Positions 58,708 through 64,000 of a stretch of 64,000 nt of DNA are shown here, piece after piece (positions within the stretch are counted from its first letter, which is position 1; each line of letters begins with the position of its first letter). This DNA comes from an uncultured Halobacteriales archaeon (GTDB lineage: Archaea; Halobacteriota; Halobacteria; Halobacteriales; Hikarchaeaceae). Location of the stretch: assembly GCA_964597855.1 (NCBI GenBank), contig CAZQZO010000001.1, positions 267,702-331,701 on the forward strand. Direction: 5' to 3'. The position numbers and the translations under genes are program-made. Below the pieces are notes generated by a model. It ran no database searches. It saw only the letters and a program-made list of their open reading frames with translations, and was not told the origin of the DNA.

Positions 58708-58917
58708 TTAGTCTTCTATTCTCGAAAGCAAATATCCCGTTCCCATCATCGCCGCTATAAATCCAACTATCACCACAATTATCCACAACGTCCCTTCCTG
58801 AAGAACTCCATCTTGCATAGAATATTTGTTTCCAATATATACTACTGCCACTACAAAAACACTTGCCCAGGCCACCGAGGCGATTATCTCTAATAACCTA
58901 ATTCGCGGTATGCTCAT
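58708..58917 (-). CDS. Small membrane protein (2 TM), hypothetical
   Basis: A 69-aa ORF with two clear hydrophobic helices. No motif recognised. Confidence 0.4.
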   Translation of the reverse strand: MSIPRIRLLEIIASVAWASVFVVAVVYIGNKYSMQDGVLQEGTLWIIVVIVGFIAAMMGTGYLLSRIED

Positions 58918-58992
58918 ACTCTATCTATTTCTTAGAAATAGCAAAAAGGGCTTCGAAGCAAAACAATCTCTTATCCAATACTATTCTGATCC

Positions 58993-59430
58993 CTATTTCT
59001 CCTCACCATAATCTCCAAACGTTGTCTTTTCCGACTCGCCAACCAATTCCTCAAAATCAATCCCCTTCTCGTACATGTCTCCTCGCGAAACGCGATAGTT
59101 CCCACCTTTTGTTATATACAAATCCCCTGGATGGAAAAAATACCATTTCTCATTATTAAATCTCACGCCAATACGCGCTTTGGCACCAAAATTCTGAGAG
59201 AAATAAACTAAAGCTTCTACCTCTTCTCCACTCAAATAGATCTTATCACTGGCACTTGATTTAACTTCAAACGCATAAAATAACTTTCCGTTTCCTGCTA
59301 ATACATCTGGCAATTCTCGCGATGTGGCACCACCACTTGCAGGTGCTCGCATAACCGCAAAACCTGCTTTGTCTAGTAATCTTACCAGTTCTCTTTCCAC
59401 TCGACTCCCTTTTGCCTGGGCCGAGCTCAC
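58993..59430 (-). CDS. hjc: Holliday junction resolvase Hjc
   Basis: [27 protein letters not shown]...D...EVK matches the PD-(D/E)xK Hjc pattern. The ATG overlaps the ahcY stop codon by 4 nt. Confidence 0.88.
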   Translation of the reverse strand: MSSAQAKGSRVERELVRLLDKAGFAVMRAPASGGATSRELPDVLAGNGKLFYAFEVKSSASDKIYLSGEEVEALVYFSQNFGAKARIGVRFNNEKWYFFHPGDLYITKGGNYRVSRGDMYEKGIDFEELVGESEKTTFGDYGEEK

Positions 59431-60707
59431 GTCCCGAACCCCGACCCTCTCAAATAATTATCTTGTGACTCTGAGAGGTAGTCTATCTCAATCCCCTCCG
59501 ATCTAAGTTTTATTTCTGCTACCTGTGCATCTAGTTCGCTTGGCACTGAATGTACTCCCGGATCATAAGTAGGATTTACAACCATTTCGCGCATACAAAC
59601 TGCTTGCATACCAAAACTTTGGTCCATTATCTCAATTGGATGCCCAAGGGACAATGGGCTGGCCAAATTGACAAGTCTCCCCGAAGCAAGCACGTTAATC
59701 CTGCGACCGTCCCCCAATTGATACTCTCGAACTCCATCTCTTACCATTCGTTCAGATGTGGATAATTTTTCTAGTTCTTTTATATTGATCTCAACATCAA
59801 AATGCCCGGCATTTGCGAGAACAACTCCATCTCGCATCAATTCAAAATGATTTTTATTAAGAATATCACAATTCCCAGTCGTCGTAATGAATACATCTCC
59901 CCGATGAGCCGCTTGAATCATTGGCATCACTTCATAACCCTCCATGTATGCCTCCAAACCCCTCAATGGATCTACCTCTGTAATTATTACCCGCGCGTTT
60001 TGACCGGATATTTTCTTGGCCACTCCTCGCCCACAATAACCATATCCTGCCACGACTACTGTCTTGCCCGCCCATGAAAAATTAGTCGTAACAGCAATGG
60101 AGAGTATGGTTGATTCCCCCGTCCCATGAATATTGTCAAATAAACGCTTCATTGGGGTGTCATTAACTGCAAAAACAGGATATTTGAGTTTCCCTTCAGC
60201 TTCCATAGACTTGAGTCGATGCACACCTGTAGTAGTCTCTTCACACCCCCCAATTACACCCTTTATCTTTTCTTTATGATTTTCATGCAACGCAAAAATT
60301 AGATCCCCACCATCATCCAATGTTAAAGTGGGATTGTGAGAAATCACAGCCTCTATCCCTTTGTAGTATTCTTCATCAGTAATTCCATTTGCAGCATAAC
60401 TCGAAATCATTGGATTGGCATCCAGAGCAAAACTCACATCATCATGGGTTGAAAGGGGATTACAACCAGTCACTACGACCTTTGCACCACCTTCTGCTAG
60501 TAATTCTAATAACACAGCCGTTTTCGCTTCAACATGCAGCGCGACACCTATACACTGACCTTCAAAGGGCTTCTCGCGAATGAATTGCTCACGCAAAAAA
60601 GAAAGAATAGGCATATTGGCCGCAGCCCAATCAATTTTTTCCCTCCCTGTATCTATGTAATTATCCACATTTTCAAGGGAATCTAAAACCGTGGGATAAA
60701 TTGTCAT
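59427..60707 (-). CDS. ahcY: Adenosylhomocysteinase
   Basis: 426 aa with the NAD-binding [14 protein letters not shown] and CNPLSTHDD motifs. Confidence 0.93.
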   Translation of the reverse strand: MTIYPTVLDSLENVDNYIDTGREKIDWAAANMPILSFLREQFIREKPFEGQCIGVALHVEAKTAVLLELLAEGGAKVVVTGCNPLSTHDDVSFALDANPMISSYAANGITDEEYYKGIEAVISHNPTLTLDDGGDLIFALHENHKEKIKGVIGGCEETTTGVHRLKSMEAEGKLKYPVFAVNDTPMKRLFDNIHGTGESTILSIAVTTNFSWAGKTVVVAGYGYCGRGVAKKISGQNARVIITEVDPLRGLEAYMEGYEVMPMIQAAHRGDVFITTTGNCDILNKNHFELMRDGVVLANAGHFDVEINIKELEKLSTSERMVRDGVREYQLGDGRRINVLASGRLVNLASPLSLGHPIEIMDQSFGMQAVCMREMVVNPTYDPGVHSVPSELDAQVAEIKLRSEGIEIDYLSESQDNYLRGSGFGT

Positions 60708-60763
60708 GAGTTCTCTAAGCGACGCACGAAAGAAAAGTGTTTCAAGATTCTATCTATGTTAAA

Positions 60764-62062
60764 TTACCCTCTTTTTCCTACCCGTTCACTAAGATCATTC
60801 GCACACATGCGAGCAGACGCTATGACTTTAGATTCATCCAAAGTTAGTACTTTTCTGTCTTTCATAAGGACCTTTCCATCACAAATAGTATGGATCACAT
60901 CCGAACCCTTTGCCGCATATACCAGGAGATTCACACATTTCCTCATTGGGGTAAGATGCGCAGCTTCGAGATCCAATACTGCCAAGTCCGCAACCAAACC
61001 TGATTCTATTCTTCCTGCCGGTAGGTCTAATATGTTTGCCCCGCCCACCGTGGCCATTGAAAAAACAGATGTGGCATTCACAGCACTAGCACTTTTAGCA
61101 GACAGTTTTCCTACCATAGCAGCGTCTCTCATCTCTCCAAATAAATCTAAGTCATTGTTCGAAGCAGCCCCATCCGTCCCGAGTCCTATTGTCACTCCCG
61201 CATTCTGCAATTTTTGAATTGGGGCAATCCCACTAGCCAATTTCATATTGGACGCTGGACAATGAACAACTCCTATGTCATTACCTGCCAAAATATCAAT
61301 TTCATTTGAATCAACATGAACACAGTGAGCTGCGAAATCTCCCGAACTCAAAATATTATATTTCGATGCAAGCTCTATCGGTCTCACCCCATGCATTTTG
61401 ATAGTTTTTTCGACATCCTCTAACGTTTCATTAGTGTGGAGGTGAATGGGAATTCCCATATCTCTAGCACGGGGAATGTGCTCTTCAAAATATTCTAAAT
61501 CAACTGTATTCATGCTATGAGGCATAAACGCCGTCTTAATTCTGCCATCTGCGAATCCACTATACTCTTCAGCAAATTTTAGTCCCTTTTCGGCATCCAA
61601 ATAAGCATCATTTTCATTTTTACCGACCGTCACCACACCCTGGCCCAAAACCGCACGCATCCCCGAACTTTCAGTAGCCTTTGCGACTTCAGACATGTGG
61701 AAATACATGTCACAAAAAGTAGTAGTCCCCGATTTAATTAATTCAACCAAAGCCAGTTGAGATCCAATATAAACATCTTCAGGTGTCAAATGAGATTCGA
61801 TAGGCCATATGTCTTCTTTCAACCACTCCTCGAGAGGTTTGTCATCTGAATAACCCCGTAAAAGTGTCATGGCCATGTGAGTATGTGCATTCACCAAACC
61901 CGGAATGACCAACCCCCCTCCTGCATCTATTTCTTCATCACCCCTAAGTGACTCCCCCACTTCTAAAATTAGTCCCCCATCGACATCTATGAGGACATCT
62001 GAAAATTCCAGCGTCAAGTCTTCTTGTAAGACTCTGCCCCCTGTGACACTTAGAGTATTCAT
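60764..62062 (-). CDS. mtaD: 5'-methylthioadenosine / S-adenosylhomocysteine deaminase (amidohydrolase)
   Basis: The metal motif PGLVNAHTHMAMTLLRG, HLHTNE and GLGTDGAASNN are typical of the MtaD/DadD/TRZ-ATZ family. Confidence 0.85.
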   Translation of the reverse strand: MNTLSVTGGRVLQEDLTLEFSDVLIDVDGGLILEVGESLRGDEEIDAGGGLVIPGLVNAHTHMAMTLLRGYSDDKPLEEWLKEDIWPIESHLTPEDVYIGSQLALVELIKSGTTTFCDMYFHMSEVAKATESSGMRAVLGQGVVTVGKNENDAYLDAEKGLKFAEEYSGFADGRIKTAFMPHSMNTVDLEYFEEHIPRARDMGIPIHLHTNETLEDVEKTIKMHGVRPIELASKYNILSSGDFAAHCVHVDSNEIDILAGNDIGVVHCPASNMKLASGIAPIQKLQNAGVTIGLGTDGAASNNDLDLFGEMRDAAMVGKLSAKSASAVNATSVFSMATVGGANILDLPAGRIESGLVADLAVLDLEAAHLTPMRKCVNLLVYAAKGSDVIHTICDGKVLMKDRKVLTLDESKVIASARMCANDLSERVGKRG

Positions 62063-62153
62063 ATATTACCTTTGGGATAGAGGACATTAGCCCCTACGAT
62101 ATGATCCTAATATACCGAAAGAGTGTTTCTCGTAGATTACATTAGGTATACTT

Positions 62154-63020
62154 ATGAGAATCGCGTTACCGAATAAAGGCCGTCTCCACACCCCTGCATC
62201 TAATTTATTATCTAGAGCAGGAATCCATGTGAGAGAATCTCAGCAAGACAGGAAACTTTGGGCAGATACAACCATTCCTGATACTACTGTCATCTATGTT
62301 CGATCAGAAGATATTCCTAGATATGTTAGCAGCGGTGCAGCAGACCTAGGAATCACTGGACACGATCAAATCAAAGAAAAGAATTTTGACAATATAGTCG
62401 ATATTTTGGACTTGGATTTTGGAAAATGCAGACTAGTGGTAGCTTCGCTTGATCCCCGTGTCAGCTCCGACGCTTCAATCGATTCCCTTGAAAAATTAAA
62501 AGGAAAACGTGTCGCAACAGAGTTTCCAAACATAACTAAAACATTCTTTGAAAATCAAAATATATCCATCGAAATAGTAAAAGTCGGTGGAGCAACCGAA
62601 CTTACACCTCACGTTCACATGGCAGATGCAATTGTAGATATCGTCAGCTCTGGAGAAACCCTTCGTAGCAACCAACTCATCATCTTAGAAGAGGTATTAA
62701 GCAGCAGTGCCCGATTAATCTCTCGAGATGATGTACAAGACCATCCTTTAACCACAAAAATTGCCGGGGCACTTTCTTCTGTTGTCGCAGCTAAAAATAA
62801 GAGATATCTGATGATGAACGCCCCTCGGCAAAAATTAGAAGATATCACGGCTGTAATACCTGGATTATCTGGTCCAACTGTGATCGATACCACTGGAGAC
62901 TCCACGGTAGTTATCCACGCTGTGGTGGGTGAATCAGATGTTTTCGATACAATTGAACTTCTCAAAGAAAAAGGAGCAACTGGCATTTTGGTAACCACCA
63001 TCGACAGATTAGTCGAATAA
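62154..63020 (+). CDS. hisG: ATP phosphoribosyltransferase (long form)
   Basis: MRIALPNKGRL, DLGITGHD and SSGETLR, plus a C-terminal regulatory domain. Confidence 0.9.
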   Translation: MRIALPNKGRLHTPASNLLSRAGIHVRESQQDRKLWADTTIPDTTVIYVRSEDIPRYVSSGAADLGITGHDQIKEKNFDNIVDILDLDFGKCRLVVASLDPRVSSDASIDSLEKLKGKRVATEFPNITKTFFENQNISIEIVKVGGATELTPHVHMADAIVDIVSSGETLRSNQLIILEEVLSSSARLISRDDVQDHPLTTKIAGALSSVVAAKNKRYLMMNAPRQKLEDITAVIPGLSGPTVIDTTGDSTVVIHAVVGESDVFDTIELLKEKGATGILVTTIDRLVE

Positions 63021-63033
63021 AATTCAATATTTA

Positions 63034-63048
63034 GCCCACTTTGTGGGC
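63034..63048 (+). terminator. Perfect 6-bp stem / 3-nt loop hairpin after hisG
   Basis: GCCCAC-ttt-GTGGGC, 14 nt after the hisG stop codon. No oligo-T follows, so a terminator function is speculative. Confidence 0.25.
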
Positions 63049-63087
63049 ATCGATATCCTCATCATTTATCAGAACTGAATCGCTGCT

Positions 63088-64000
63088 GTGTATGTTCTAG
63101 AACTAGCAGGTGAAAACTACGATTTCGCTGCAACCGAGGCTCAAAATGCAGCAAAAGGAGTACACATAATCGCACCAGGATTGGCTCTCGCGGAAACAGT
63201 TTCTCTCCCTCGGACTATCCATCTAGGCTATACCCATCGAGTCAGTGAGGTTCTCTTACAAACCTCATCTCTCTTATCTGAACTTCTTTCTTCCTTAGAC
63301 GCGATCAGCATAGACCCACCAGGTGCTATCGCCATCCGAGCTAGAGATATTCGGAGATCCACCAATATTGACACACAAAAAGTCGAACGAGAAGTAGGAA
63401 CTGCCTTCGTCAACAAAGGATTTTCTGTTGATCTGGACAACCCCCTTCATGAAATTAGAGTTCTTTTTTCGGGAGACATCTGTATAGTGGGACGCCTGCT
63501 CGAAACGAGTTCGAAGGGACATTCAGATCGCAACCCTACAAAAAAACCTTTCTTTCAGCCCGGAAGTATGGACCCAATCGAAGCACGGGCGATTGCCAAT
63601 TTAGCCGGGGCAAGACCCAACTCCATAATATTCGATCCTATGTGCGGCACTGGTGGAATTCTCATAGAAGCCGCATTGATGGGAGCAACTGTTTATGGTA
63701 TGGATGCACAACAAAAAATGGTAATAGGAGCGAACCAAAACCTTCAACATTACTCTATTAAAAATTTCGTAACCATTCGGGGCGATGCTGCAAATATGCC
63801 CCTTTCAACCAAAATAGATTCAATCTTATTCGACGTTCCTTATGGCCGCCAATCAAAAATAACCGGATATGAGTTAGACGTCCTTATAGAACGCACCCTT
63901 AAAGAAGCATATCTTCTCACTTCAAAAGTAGTTGTTATTTCTGATTTCTCACTTGAAAAATTAGCCAAACAAACCGGATGGGTTCTCAAAAATCACTTCA
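63088..64000 (+). CDS. tRNA (guanine(10)-N2)-methyltransferase Trm11/TrmG10 (THUMP + class I MTase), 3'-truncated by the window end
   Basis: This ORF is not in the supplied track because it has no stop codon inside the window. My own translation from GTG 63088 reads VYVLELAGENYDFAATEAQ...FFQPGSMDPIEARAIANLAG...FDPMCGTGGILIEAALMGA...LFDVPYGRQS. A stop codon at 63076-63078 bounds the frame upstream. Confidence 0.8.
   Translation, partial: MYVLELAGENYDFAATEAQNAAKGVHIIAPGLALAETVSLPRTIHLGYTHRVSEVLLQTSSLLSELLSSLDAISIDPPGAIAIRARDIRRSTNIDTQKVEREVGTAFVNKGFSVDLDNPLHEIRVLFSGDICIVGRLLETSSKGHSDRNPTKKPFFQPGSMDPIEARAIANLAGARPNSIIFDPMCGTGGILIEAALMGATVYGMDAQQKMVIGANQNLQHYSIKNFVTIRGDAANMPLSTKIDSILFDVPYGRQSKITGYELDVLIERTLKEAYLLTSKVVVISDFSLEKLAKQTGWVLKNHF

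Noticed and set aside
1-64000. Search for a CRISPR array, cas genes, transposases, integrases, prophage or a defence island
   Set aside because: Outside the origin and the hisB spacer I saw no regularly spaced repeats. No ORF has recognisable nuclease/helicase defence signatures or recombinase motifs. tRNA genes are not flanked by direct repeats or integrases. The window reads as core genome.

Overview
This is a very gene-dense, AT-rich archaeal chromosomal segment; most intergenic gaps are under 150 bp. The gene content is euryarchaeal. It carries both PolD subunits, two Orc1/Cdc6 genes, MCM, PCNA, PriL, Hjc, a RecJ/GAN-like nuclease and archaeal PurO. Several traits are typical of Halobacteria and their relatives: a Tat-signal lipoprotein, a duplicated 14-TM-type TatC, a halo-type 2Fe-2S ferredoxin, RlmE-TRAM, and oapABC next to orc1. 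However, G+C is low and the proteins are only moderately acidic, so I cannot name the lineage from sequence alone. It may be a marine planktonic euryarchaeote or a low-GC relative of haloarchaea. I call about 60 CDS and 4 tRNAs: Phe-GAA, Gln-CUG, Pro-UGG and an initiator-like Met-CAU. There is one clear replication origin at about 13.77-14.32 kb, with inverted G-string ORBs, an AT-rich unwinding element, mini-ORB repeats and an 18-bp tandem duplication. It lies between a divergent oapABC operon and orc1. I see no CRISPR array, transposase, integrase, prophage or recognisable defence system. This looks like core genome, not an accessory island. The items most worth a second look are listed below.
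- The origin and oapABC module.
- A TatC with an N-terminal (HhH)2 domain.
- A catalytically degenerate HemC-like protein translationally coupled to RecJ/GAN.
- An NAD kinase-IMPase fusion.
- A HisB with an N-terminal C2HC zinc finger.
- An uncharacterised Zn-ribbon protein with a PriCT-like tail, divergent from priL.

Functional calls rest on motif recognition by eye in the supplied translations. No database search was run.
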